A stretch of DNA of 64,000 bases, from NCBI RefSeq assembly GCF_038095605.1, contig NZ_CP144380.1, one strand, 5' to 3'. Below, piece after piece: positions 43,634-53,190 of the stretch (position 1 is its first letter; every line of letters begins with the position of its first letter). The notes beneath the pieces were generated by a model. That model ran no database searches. It worked only from the letters and a program-made list of their open reading frames with translations, and was not told where the DNA came from. The DNA is from Gaopeijia maritima. Its GTDB lineage: Bacteria > Gemmatimonadota > Gemmatimonadetes > Longimicrobiales > Gaopeijiaceae. A program made the position numbers and the translations under genes.

Positions 43634-43865
43634 TCGGGTGCCGGGTACTGCCCCCTTTCGGGCGCCGGGTACTACCCCCTTTCGGGCGCCGAGAACGTCG
43701 TAATCGAAGGGTATCCGCAGGCTGACCACGACGTTTTGGCTCACATGCGACGAGAACGTCGTATCCGTGAGTTCGGCCATTCGACGAGTACCACGTTTTC
43801 GTCGTCGCTGATGCAGAAAGTCGTATTCGCCTGCCGGGAGGCCCCGGATACGACGTTGTGAGCGC
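43634..43865. repeat. repeat-rich lower-GC intergenic island: about 2.5 copies of a 24-bp tandem repeat, then six alternating-orientation copies of an AACGTCGT(A/T)(A/T)CC-like motif forming three consecutive imperfect inverted repeats
   Basis: 24-bp tandem units ccgggtactRccccctttcgggcg. Motif copies: gagaacgtcgtaatcg (+), ccacgacgtttt (-), gagaacgtcgtatccg (+), ccacgttttcgtcg (-), agtcgtattcg (+), ggatacgacgttgtgag (-). Confidence 0.6.
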
Positions 43866-44031
43866 GAGTCCGCGGCCCGTGGGGGCGTCCGGGCGATCCG
43901 GATCAGGGGCGTCGGCGTGCTTCGCGTGCAGGAGTGCGTTGCGGTCGTCGGCCGCCACACGGGACAACGGCAGCATGCAGCGAGGCCCGTGTCGCCATGG
44001 GGTCGCCCCGAGCCGCCGTCAGATTGCCGGC

Positions 44032-44400
44032 ATGGATACGCACCGTGTCGGCCGCCGTTTCGAGGCTCTCGCCGCCCGCTGGCTCGAGGAGCGCGGGTGG
44101 ATCGTGCTCGACCGCAACGTGCGCTTTCAGCGGCGCGAGATCGATCTCGTCGTTCGGCGGGGCCGCACGGTGGCATTCGTCGAGGTGAAGGGGCGCCGAA
44201 GCGACGACCGCGGACACCCGTTCGAAGCCGTCACCGCGCGCAAGCGGCGGGAGATCGAGGCCGTCGCCCGCTGGTGGGTCGCGCACCACGGGGTGGGCGG
44301 CCACGAGTTTCGCTTCGACGTCGTCGGGGTGCGCGCCGGCAGGGTGGCCGAGCGGGTCGAGGTGGAGCATGTGGAGGGCGCGTGGCGGATGGGGGAGTAG
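44032..44400 (+). CDS. YraN family (UPF0102) predicted endonuclease
   Basis: Start at MDTHRVGRRFE; conserved …GEIDLV…VAFVEVKGR… core of UPF0102. Confidence 0.7.
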   Translation: MDTHRVGRRFEALAARWLEERGWIVLDRNVRFQRREIDLVVRRGRTVAFVEVKGRRSDDRGHPFEAVTARKRREIEAVARWWVAHHGVGGHEFRFDVVGVRAGRVAERVEVEHVEGAWRMGE

Positions 44401-44414
44401 CGGTCCGCACGCCG

Positions 44415-44444
44415 TTGACCCACCCCCCCGCCTGCCCCTAGCTT
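44415..44444 (+). promoter_or_regulatory. candidate promoter (TTGACC-N18-TAGCTT) for the downstream structured RNA
   Basis: -35-like TTGACC at 44415 and -10-like TAGCTT at 44439, 7 nt before the base of the terminal stem. Confidence 0.3.
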
Positions 44445-44450
44445 GAAGGC

Positions 44451-44558
44451 GTGCCCCAGGTCCGCAGGGCGGGAGCCCACCAACCCCGTCAGGACCTCGC
44501 CGGTAGCAGCGGTACGTGTGGTGATCGCAGCTGCGGGTAGCCTGGGGCACTTTTTTTT
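44451..44558 (+). ncRNA. ffs: candidate signal recognition particle RNA (4.5S/ffs, small bacterial type) with intrinsic terminator
   Basis: Perfect 10-bp terminal stem GUGCCCCAGG…CCUGGGGCAC followed by U8; the internal CCGCAG/CUGCGG pairing extends the stem; core GUCAGGACC-UCGCC-GGUAGCAGC resembles the SRP domain-IV GUCAGGUCC-GGAA-GGAAGCAGC, and the 3' side resembles E. coli 4.5S (…ACGUGUG…GCUG…GGG); located directly upstream of dnaX, as ffs/scr often is. Confidence 0.55.
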
Positions 44559-44652
44559 GCCCCACCGTTGCCCGGGGTCATGGTCGCGGGTACGGTAGGA
44601 GGCGGGTGTCGCCCGCCCTTCGGCCCGTTGCTCACGATCTTTCCGGGCGCCC

Positions 44653-46467
44653 ATGTCGCATCAGGCTCTGGCACGGAAGTACCGGCCCCGCTCGTTCGCG
44701 GAGGTCTCCACCCAGGAGCACGTATCCGAAACCCTCCGGCGTGCGGTCGCCGGCGACCGGGTCGGACACGCCTACCTCTTCTGCGGCCCCCGCGGCGTCG
44801 GCAAGACCACGCTGGCGCGCGTGCTCGCGATGGCGCTCAACTGCCCGAATCGCACCGAGTCGGGCGAGCCCTGCGGCACCTGCGACTCCTGCGAGCGGAT
44901 CTGGAGCGGCCAGACGGCCCTCGACGTGGTCGAGATCGACGCCGCCTCCAACCGGGGCGTCGACGCGGCCCGGGATCTCCGAGAGCGCGCCTACTACGCC
45001 CCGTCGGAGGAAGATCGCTTCAAGATCTACATCGTCGACGAGGCGCACATGCTCACGCGGGAGGCGTGGAACGCCCTCCTGAAGATTCTCGAAGAGCCGC
45101 CAGCCCGCGTCATCTTCATCTTCGCCACCACCGAGCCCCAGAAGATTCAGCAGAGCGCGGCGCCGATCCTGTCGCGCTGCCAGCGCTTCGACTTCCGGCG
45201 CATCGCGGTGTCGGGGATCGTGGCCCAGCTTCAGTCGGTGCTCGAGCGGGAGGGCCAGTCGGCCTCCGACGAGGCACTGCGGCTGCTGGCCCGCAAGGCG
45301 GACGGCGGCATGCGCGACGCCCTGTCGATCCTCGACCAGGTGCTGGCCATGGGTGGCGGCGAGCTCGACACCGAGAGCGTTCGCCGGGTGCTCGGGCTGG
45401 TGGAGGAGGAGCGCTACCTCGCCCTGCTCGACATCGTGCACGAGGGTCGCCACGGCGACGTGTTCGGCTTCGTGGAGGAGTTGCTCGATGAGGGGTACGA
45501 CCTCGTGGAGTTCTACCACGGGCTCGTGGACGTCTTCCGCGTGGTGTTGCGCATCCGGCTGTCGGGGCTCGAGGCGCTTCCGGACCTGCCTCCGCATCTG
45601 GCCGAGGCTTTCGAAGAGCGCGCGCGCGGGTTCAGCCCGGGCGACCTGGTGCGCATGCTCGCGCTGGCCTCGGAGCTCGAGAGCAGTGGGAGTCTGCGCC
45701 GCAGCGGCCAGCCGCGCCTGCTCGTGGAGATGCTGTTGCTGCGCCTGAGCTACCTCGACCGCACGGTCGATCTGGAAGAGCTGATCCGGGGCCTCGGGGG
45801 TGCCCCGGTCGCGGCGGACCCTCCTGAGCGAAGGGTCGCCTCCACCTCCGCCACCCCGCGGCCGAACGTCGGTCGGGCCGCTGCGCCGGTGGCTCCGGTC
45901 TCGGCGGGGGACGGCCCGGCACCCGCGTCGGAGTCGTCCGCGCCTCGACTCGCCCCCGGGTCGGGGTCACCCGCCGCTCGCCCCGCGCCACAGAGGGAAG
46001 CACCCGCCGCACGCTCGGCGCCCCCCGCCGCGGGTTCGACGGCGTCCGATTCGGGCGCGGGGAAGCCGCAGCCCCCTCGCCCCCCCGGCAACGGGAACCT
46101 TCGCGCCGCATGGCGCTGGGTGGTGGAGACCGGCACGGGCGTGCCGCCCGGCATGGGGGGCTTCCTGCGCCCGGCCCAGCCCGAAGAGGTGGATGGCAGG
46201 GTGCGCATCGCCCTCCCCGAGCCCGCAGTCGAGCGGCTGCAACAGCAGCCCGGCGAGCGGCAGGCGCTCATTCAGGCCCTCGCCCGCGGTCTCGGGCGGC
46301 CGGTGGAGCTCGAACTCTTGGTGGACGGGGCCGGGCCGGTGGCCGACGAGGGGGCGGGCCGGGTGACCCGCGACACCGTTCGCGAGACGCGTCTGCGGGA
46401 GCTGATCAATCAGGAACCCGTCCTCGCCCACGCGGTAGAAGAACTCGATCTCGAACTTCTGGACTGA
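44653..46467 (+). CDS. dnaX: DNA polymerase III subunits gamma/tau
   Basis: N-terminus MSHQALARKYRPRSFAEV, Walker A GPRGVGKTT, zinc module CGTCDSC, clamp-loader domains, Pro/Ala-rich linker and tau C-domain. Confidence 0.95.
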   Translation: MSHQALARKYRPRSFAEVSTQEHVSETLRRAVAGDRVGHAYLFCGPRGVGKTTLARVLAMALNCPNRTESGEPCGTCDSCERIWSGQTALDVVEIDAASNRGVDAARDLRERAYYAPSEEDRFKIYIVDEAHMLTREAWNALLKILEEPPARVIFIFATTEPQKIQQSAAPILSRCQRFDFRRIAVSGIVAQLQSVLEREGQSASDEALRLLARKADGGMRDALSILDQVLAMGGGELDTESVRRVLGLVEEERYLALLDIVHEGRHGDVFGFVEELLDEGYDLVEFYHGLVDVFRVVLRIRLSGLEALPDLPPHLAEAFEERARGFSPGDLVRMLALASELESSGSLRRSGQPRLLVEMLLLRLSYLDRTVDLEELIRGLGGAPVAADPPERRVASTSATPRPNVGRAAAPVAPVSAGDGPAPASESSAPRLAPGSGSPAARPAPQREAPAARSAPPAAGSTASDSGAGKPQPPRPPGNGNLRAAWRWVVETGTGVPPGMGGFLRPAQPEEVDGRVRIALPEPAVERLQQQPGERQALIQALARGLGRPVELELLVDGAGPVADEGAGRVTRDTVRETRLRELINQEPVLAHAVEELDLELLD

Positions 46468-46469
46468 CG

Positions 46470-46787
46470 ATGACGAATCTCGAACAGATCATGCAGATGG
46501 GCCAGCAGCTGCAGGCCCGCATGTCGAAGCTCCAGGAGAGCCTCGACAAGCAGACGGTCACGGCCACGTCCGGGGGCGGGATGGTGACCGTCACCGCCGA
46601 TGGAAAGGGTGAGGTGCGCAAGGTCCAGATCGATCCGGCCTGCGTGGATCCTCGCGATGTGGAGATGCTCGAGGACCTCGTGCTGGCGGCCGTGAACCAG
46701 GCCCAGGCGCGGGCGAAGGAGCTGTACGAGTCGGAGATGCGCAAGGCCACCGGGGGGCTGCCGATGCAGCTGCCCGGCCTCTTCTGA
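46470..46787 (+). CDS. ybaB: nucleoid-associated protein YbaB/EbfC
   Basis: 105 aa, canonical MQQLQ…MSKLQE…TATSGGGMVTVTADGKGEV core; starts 3 nt after the dnaX stop. Confidence 0.9.
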   Translation: MTNLEQIMQMGQQLQARMSKLQESLDKQTVTATSGGGMVTVTADGKGEVRKVQIDPACVDPRDVEMLEDLVLAAVNQAQARAKELYESEMRKATGGLPMQLPGLF

Positions 46788-46807
46788 CGCTCCGGACAAC
46801 GTCCCGG

Positions 46808-47398
46808 GTGTCGGTCATCCAGGCGCTGACCGGGGAGCTCTCGAAGCTTCCCGGCGTCGGCACGAAGACGGCCCTCCGCCTCGTCTATCACCTCATGAAG
46901 GGCTCCCGGGACGACGCGCGCCGCCTGGCCGCGGCGATCCGCGAGGTGGCCGATCGAATCCGGCCCTGCGAGCTCTGTGGAAACTTCTCCGAGGCCGAGT
47001 TGTGCGAGGTGTGCTCCAATCCGCGGCGCGACGGGTCGATACTGTGCGTGGTGGAGGAGGCCTACGAGGTGGGGGCGATCGAGCGGACGGGCGAGTTCCG
47101 CGGGCGCTACCACGTGCTCGGCGGCCACCTGTCGCCGCTCGACGGGATCGGTCCCGACGAGTTGCGCATCGCCCCGCTGCTCGAGCGCACGCGCGGGGAC
47201 GAGGGGGCGAGCGAGGTGATTCTCGCCACCAGTTCGGGAGTCGAGGGCGAGGCGACCGCGGTGTACCTCGAGGGTCTGCTGCGGCCGCTGGGAGTACGGG
47301 TGACCCGCCTCGCGCGGGGCATTCCCGTGGGAAGTGATCTCGAATACGTGGACGGAAGCACGCTGGCCGAAGCGCTGGCGGGACGACGGGAGATGTGA
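46808..47398 (+). CDS. recR: recombination protein RecR
   Basis: HhH motif (LPGVGTKTALRL), C4 zinc finger (CELCGNF…CEVC), Toprim domain. Confidence 0.95.
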   Translation: MSVIQALTGELSKLPGVGTKTALRLVYHLMKGSRDDARRLAAAIREVADRIRPCELCGNFSEAELCEVCSNPRRDGSILCVVEEAYEVGAIERTGEFRGRYHVLGGHLSPLDGIGPDELRIAPLLERTRGDEGASEVILATSSGVEGEATAVYLEGLLRPLGVRVTRLARGIPVGSDLEYVDGSTLAEALAGRREM

Positions 47399-47718
47399 TG
47401 ACCGACGAATCGACGTTGAGCCGGAATCTCCGGGTGGCCGGAATCACCCTCGTCGCGGCTGCGGCGGCGGGTGCGCTGGCGGCCTGGCTCGTTCGGGATC
47501 AGATCAGCCGGCACCGGAAGGATCTCTTTTCTCCGCACGCGCTTCGACGCCTGGCGGCGCTCGGCCACATGGGTCGCGCACAGGCCACCGTCGACCACAT
47601 CACCCTCCTGCGCGACTTCATCGCCTGGGAGCCGCGTCGCCTTCTCCGCAATCGCGCTCGCGCGGTGCTCGAGCGGATGGAGAACGAGGCGGAGGGGCTG
47701 CTCGCCGAGGCCGGGTGA
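47395..47718 (+). CDS. hypothetical small membrane protein (107 aa)
   Basis: ATG overlaps recR stop; one TM helix (ITLVAAAAAGALAAWLV); no domain recognised; not a Roadblock/LC7 fold by inspection. Confidence 0.4.
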   Translation: MMTDESTLSRNLRVAGITLVAAAAAGALAAWLVRDQISRHRKDLFSPHALRRLAALGHMGRAQATVDHITLLRDFIAWEPRRLLRNRARAVLERMENEAEGLLAEAG

Positions 47719-47903
47719 GCCACCTTGCTATCCCTTCGTCCGCGTAAGACTTTTAGGATTCGAGGTGAGCCGGTGATTCCGGTCGCCGCTCCAGTCCGCT
47801 GCTTTCCACGGGGGTCGTGGGTGAAGGACCGCCTGCGCAGCTTCGCCAACGAGTCTTCCCACCGCCCCGGTTCGAATTCCGGACGGCACAGGAGCGTCGA
47901 CGC

Positions 47904-48482
47904 ATGTCGATGATCAACTACGCCAGCCGCGAGATCAACTGCAAGGTCGTGTACTACGGTACCGGGCTGGGCGGCAAGACCACCAACCTCGAGTACATCT
48001 ATTCCCGCGTGAATCCGGACACCAAGGGAAAGATGATCTCGCTCGCCACCGAGACGGAGCGAACCCTCTTCTTCGACTTTCTGCCGATCGACCTCGGGTC
48101 GATCCGTGGGTTCAAGACGAGGTTTCACCTCTACACGGTGCCGGGGCAGGTGTACTACAACGCCTCGAGAAAGCTGATTCTCAAGGGCGTGGACGGGCTG
48201 GTGTTCGTGGCCGACAGTCAGCGCGAGCGGGCCGAGGCGAACATCGAGGCCATGCACAACCTGTACGAGAACCTCGAGGCCTACGGATACGACCTCGAGA
48301 AGATCCCGTTCGTGATCCAGTACAACAAACGGGATCTCGAGAACGCGATGCCCGCCGATGAGCTGCGTGCGCAGCTCAATCCGATGGGCGTGCCCGACTT
48401 CGAGGCGATCGCGATCGAAGGCAAAGGGGTATTCGAGACTCTGACGACCGTATCGAAGTCGGTCGTGAAGTCGCTCAGCTGA
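47904..48482 (+). CDS. mglA: MglA-type Ras-like small GTPase (gliding motility protein MglA family)
   Basis: High identity along its full length to M. xanthus MglA: [67 protein letters not shown]. Confidence 0.8.
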   Translation: MSMINYASREINCKVVYYGTGLGGKTTNLEYIYSRVNPDTKGKMISLATETERTLFFDFLPIDLGSIRGFKTRFHLYTVPGQVYYNASRKLILKGVDGLVFVADSQRERAEANIEAMHNLYENLEAYGYDLEKIPFVIQYNKRDLENAMPADELRAQLNPMGVPDFEAIAIEGKGVFETLTTVSKSVVKSLS

Positions 48483-48519
48483 GCTCCGCATTCCCAGCGA
48501 CCCGCAGAGGAAGTCCGGC

Positions 48520-49164
48520 GTGACCGAGCGTCGTTGGACCCTCCCCAATACGATCACGGTCGGCAGGATCATCGCCTGCCCCGTGGTCTTCTATCTCGCC
48601 ATGCAGCCCGGGACCGCCCTGCGGATCCTGGCCTTCGTGCTCTTTCTGGCCGCCGCCCTGTCCGACCTGTGGGACGGATACCTGGCCCGCAAGCACGACT
48701 GGATCACCGACATCGGCAAGCTGCTCGACCCGCTGGCGGACAAGCTGCTGCTCGTGGCGACGGTGGTGCCGATCTATCTGATTTCGCAGCGACCCGGCCC
48801 GATCGGTGACCTGCCCTGGATCGGCGCGCTGCCGCTCTGGGTGGTGCTCGTGCTCTTCGGCCGCGAGGTGCTGATCACGGTGCTGCGCCAGGTGGCCACC
48901 CGCCAGGGGCTCGTGATCGCCGCCGGCTCGTCGGGCAAACGCAAGGCGTTGCTCCAGAACCTCTTCGTCGGGGGCGCCCTCTTCTGGTTCCCCGTCGCGC
49001 AGATGGCTGCGGATCGCGGCTGGACGGGCACCACGGCATGGACGGCGTGGCAGACCTTCCACGCGCTCTGGATCGCGGTCACCCTCGCCCTGGCCCTCTT
49101 CCTGACCGTGTACTCCCTGGTGGACTACCTCTGGAAGTACCGGAGCGTGCTGGGCGTCACATGA
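48520..49164 (+). CDS. pgsA: CDP-diacylglycerol--glycerol-3-phosphate 3-phosphatidyltransferase
   Basis: CDP-alcohol phosphatidyltransferase motif DxxDGxxAR…G…D…D (DLWDGYLARK…DPLADK); multi-TM. Confidence 0.85.
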   Translation: MTERRWTLPNTITVGRIIACPVVFYLAMQPGTALRILAFVLFLAAALSDLWDGYLARKHDWITDIGKLLDPLADKLLLVATVVPIYLISQRPGPIGDLPWIGALPLWVVLVLFGREVLITVLRQVATRQGLVIAAGSSGKRKALLQNLFVGGALFWFPVAQMAADRGWTGTTAWTAWQTFHALWIAVTLALALFLTVYSLVDYLWKYRSVLGVT

Positions 49165-50492
49165 CGGTCGGGAGTGTCCGCGCGGCGGTGGTGACCGTCG
49201 GCGAGGAGCTCCTGTCCGGGGCCACGGTCGACGCCAATGCGGCCTGGCTCGGTCGTGCCCTCGGAGCCCTCGGGGTGCCGGTGGAGCGCAGTTGGACCGT
49301 CGGCGATCGCGACGACGCCATTGTGGAGTCGGTGCTCGCCGCCGCCCGGGTGGCCGAGCTGGTGATCGTGACCGGAGGCCTCGGCCCCACCGAGGACGAC
49401 CGCACACGACCGGCCCTCGCCCGCGCCCTGGGCGCCGAACTGGATGAGGATCCCGCGCTCGTGCGGCATCTCGAGGGTCGACTCCGGGCCTCGGGGCGGT
49501 CGGCACTCTCCGACGGGCTCCGCAGGCTCGCGCTCCGCCCGACGCCCGGCCGCTGGCTGGCCAACCCCGCGGGGGCCGCGCCCGGACTCGTGTTCGAGGG
49601 ACCCCGCGAGGGCGGGTGGGTGATCGCGCTGCCGGGAGTCCCCCGGGAGATGCGGGGCCTGTTTCCCGCCGTGGCCGACTTCGTGCGCGAGACCTTCGAC
49701 GGACGCCTCACCCCCGTGCTGCAACGCACGCTGCACACCACCGGCCTGCCCGAGTCGGAGCTGGCCCCGAGGGTGGACGCGGTTGCGGCCGAGGTGGGGG
49801 AGGGGGTCGAGGTGGCCTTCCTGCCCGACCTCACCGGTGTCGACCTGCGGCTCACCACCCGCCACGACGGCACCGCCGCGGCACGGGCCGCCGCCGAGGA
49901 GCGGCTCGATCGGCTCGACCACGCGCTCCGGCCGATCCTGGCGGGCCACCGGTTCGAGGCTTCGTCGGGCGATCTGGTGGAGACGGTCGCCGCCCTGCTC
50001 GAGGCCCGGGGGTGGTGGCTCGCCACGGCGGAGAGCTGCACCGGGGGGCTCGTGGCGCAGCGCTGGACGGCTCGCGCCGGCTCGTCGAGCACCTTCCGAG
50101 GTGCGGTGGTGGCCTATCACAACGATGTGAAGGAGCGGCTCCTCGACGTGCCCCGCGCCGTGCTCGAGGCGCAGGGGGCGGTGTCGGAGCCGGTCGCTCG
50201 AGCCATGGCCGAGGGGGTCGCCCGCCGCCTGGACGCCCAGTGCGGGATCGGCATCACCGGGGTGGCCGGCCCCGGGGGTGGCTCGGAAGAGAAGCCCGTC
50301 GGCACCGTGTGGATCGCGGCGACCGTGCCGTCGAACGGGGCGGCGCCATGCACGCGCGCCGGGCGGTTCCAGTTCGGGGGCGACCGCGAATCGGTTCGGG
50401 TGCGCGCCGCGCAGGCCGCACTGCACCTCCTGCACGGCATGCTCGAGGGCGGCCCGTTCGAGCCCTCCTCCGCGCGGGCTGGTCGGGAGTGA
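49161..50492 (+). CDS. cinA: CinA family competence/damage-inducible protein (MoCF-like N-domain fused to PncC-like nicotinamide-nucleotide amidase domain)
   Basis: N-terminal AAVVTVGEELLSG and C-terminal ATAESCTGGL motifs; ATG overlaps pgsA stop. Confidence 0.85.
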   Translation: MTVGSVRAAVVTVGEELLSGATVDANAAWLGRALGALGVPVERSWTVGDRDDAIVESVLAAARVAELVIVTGGLGPTEDDRTRPALARALGAELDEDPALVRHLEGRLRASGRSALSDGLRRLALRPTPGRWLANPAGAAPGLVFEGPREGGWVIALPGVPREMRGLFPAVADFVRETFDGRLTPVLQRTLHTTGLPESELAPRVDAVAAEVGEGVEVAFLPDLTGVDLRLTTRHDGTAAARAAAEERLDRLDHALRPILAGHRFEASSGDLVETVAALLEARGWWLATAESCTGGLVAQRWTARAGSSSTFRGAVVAYHNDVKERLLDVPRAVLEAQGAVSEPVARAMAEGVARRLDAQCGIGITGVAGPGGGSEEKPVGTVWIAATVPSNGAAPCTRAGRFQFGGDRESVRVRAAQAALHLLHGMLEGGPFEPSSARAGRE

Positions 50493-51343
50493 CGCCCCCC
50501 CCGGCGGCGGTGGACGTCGAGGTCGAGCCGGGTCTCCGCCTGCAGGGGTCGTGGTGGGACTCCGCGCCGAGTGTGTCGCCGCGCGGGCGGGTGGTGCTCG
50601 TGCACGGGCTCGGCGACCACGGGGGCCGGTACGCCACGCTGGTGAGCGCGCTGACCGAGGCGGGATGGGGGGTGGTGGCGGTCGATCAACGCGGCCACGG
50701 ACGCAGTCCGGGACCCCGGGGGGTGCTCGACTCGTTCGAGCGCCTGCTCGACGACCTGCGCGCGGTCCGTCGATGGACGCTCGAGCGCGACCCTGCCGCG
50801 GGTGCCCCGGTGCTCTACGGTCACTCGATGGGCGGGCTGGTGGCGTTGCGGAGCGTGCAGCGGGAGCCGGATGACTGGACCGCCGCGGTGATCTCGGCTC
50901 CCTGGCTCGGAACCGCGGCGCCGATCGCGTGGTGGAAGCGGGTGGCGGAGGCGCCGCTGGCGCGCTGGCTTCCGCGGATGACGGTGGCCGCGGGGCTGAG
51001 GGCCGAGCAGCTCACGGCCGACCCCGATCGCCGGGCCGAGTGGCGGTCCGACCCGCTCACCCACGACCGGGTCAGTGCGGGGTTGTCCACGGCGGTTCGC
51101 GGCGCCCAGCGGCGGGCCCTCGCAGAGGAGTGGCCGGCGGGGGTGCCGGGCCTCTTCGTGGTGCCGGGGGCCGACCCTGTGGCCGACGCCGACGTGACCC
51201 GCGCCTGGGCCGCGAGGCAGCCGCCCGGGCGCATCGACGTGGAGGTGGTGGAAGGGGGGCTGCACGAGCCACACAACGACCGCGACAGGGAGGCCGTCTG
51301 CCGCCGAATCGCGGCCTGGGCGACCCTCCACGCGAGGGGCTGA
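50489..51343 (+). CDS. alpha/beta hydrolase (lysophospholipase/monoacylglycerol lipase-like)
   Basis: GTG overlapping cinA stop; HGLGDHGGRY oxyanion region, nucleophile elbow GHSMGG, C-terminal catalytic His. Confidence 0.7.
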   Translation: MTPPPAAVDVEVEPGLRLQGSWWDSAPSVSPRGRVVLVHGLGDHGGRYATLVSALTEAGWGVVAVDQRGHGRSPGPRGVLDSFERLLDDLRAVRRWTLERDPAAGAPVLYGHSMGGLVALRSVQREPDDWTAAVISAPWLGTAAPIAWWKRVAEAPLARWLPRMTVAAGLRAEQLTADPDRRAEWRSDPLTHDRVSAGLSTAVRGAQRRALAEEWPAGVPGLFVVPGADPVADADVTRAWAARQPPGRIDVEVVEGGLHEPHNDRDREAVCRRIAAWATLHARG

Positions 51344-51418
51344 ACAGCGCCCCCCGGAATGGGTATCTTGATCGGGGCCCGGCCCCGACTTCCGTGACGA
51401 ACGACCAAGAGACGCCAG

Positions 51419-52024
51419 ATGACTGATCCGACCGCGAACGAGACGCCCGACCTTCCCGACCTCGACGAGACCGTGGGGAGCGATCCGGTCGATCTGCCCG
51501 ACGCTTCCGAGGACGCGGCCGGCCCGACGCCCGACGAGGTGGAGCGGACGCTGGTGGCCGACGAGGTGAGCGATCTGCGGCGCGACTTCGAAGAGCTCAA
51601 CGACCGTCACATGCGCCTGGTGGCCGAGTTCGCCAACTTCCGCCGTCGCGAGGCCGAGGAGCGAACCGGTACGTGGGACCGCGCGCAGGCCGACCTCGTG
51701 CGCCGCTTTCTCGACGTGCTCGACGACCTGCAGCGCGTGGCGCTGCTCGACCCCGCCGACGAGGCGGTCACCGTTCAGTCGATCGTCGAAGGGATCGACC
51801 TCGTGGAGCGTAAGTTCCACCGAGCCCTGGAAGAGTCGGGCGCCGAACTCCTGGAGCCCGAGGAGGGGTCGGCCTTCGATCCCGAGAAGATGGAGGCGAT
51901 GATGCGCGTGCCCGTGGAAGACGAGGCTCTCGACGACACCGTGGCCGGCGTCTTCGCGCGGGGATACCTGTTCCGGGGGCACCTGGTGCGCCCCGCGCGG
52001 GTGAGCGTCCACAAGGCCGACTGA
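51419..52024 (+). CDS. grpE: nucleotide exchange factor GrpE
   Basis: Acidic N-terminus, coiled-coil, and a C-terminal beta-domain with a conserved GrpE signature. Confidence 0.9.
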   Translation: MTDPTANETPDLPDLDETVGSDPVDLPDASEDAAGPTPDEVERTLVADEVSDLRRDFEELNDRHMRLVAEFANFRRREAEERTGTWDRAQADLVRRFLDVLDDLQRVALLDPADEAVTVQSIVEGIDLVERKFHRALEESGAELLEPEEGSAFDPEKMEAMMRVPVEDEALDDTVAGVFARGYLFRGHLVRPARVSVHKAD

Positions 52025-52031
52025 GGACACC

Positions 52032-53168
<1,137 letters not shown>

Positions 53169-53190
53169 TCGGAGCTCGACCCTCGCGGGG

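Noticed and set aside
43641-43688. Possible CRISPR array (direct repeats ccgggtactRccccctttcgggcg)
   Set aside because: Only about 2.5 copies, directly abutting with no spacers, and no cas genes; this is a simple tandem repeat, not CRISPR.
43745-43867. 40-codon ATG ORF inside the repeat island (MRRERRIREFGHSTSTTFSSSLMQKVVFACREAPDTTL)
   Set aside because: It uses CGT/CGA/GAA/AAA codons that are rare in this GC-rich genome and has no RBS-like purine tract, so it was kept only as a note within the repeat-island finding.
44653-46467. Programmed -1 frameshift site in dnaX (A AAA AAG) producing a gamma subunit
   Set aside because: No A-rich heptamer exists anywhere in this GC-rich dnaX; tau alone, or proteolytic or transcriptional production of gamma, is more likely.
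47499-48572. 357-aa minus-strand ORF overlapping mglA
   Set aside because: It is antisense to the clearly conserved MglA reading frame and has no recognisable domains.
53170-53190. Terminator hairpin GACCC-TCGC-GGGTC between dnaJ and mnmA
   Set aside because: A short 5-bp stem with no U-tract on either strand; too weak to call.
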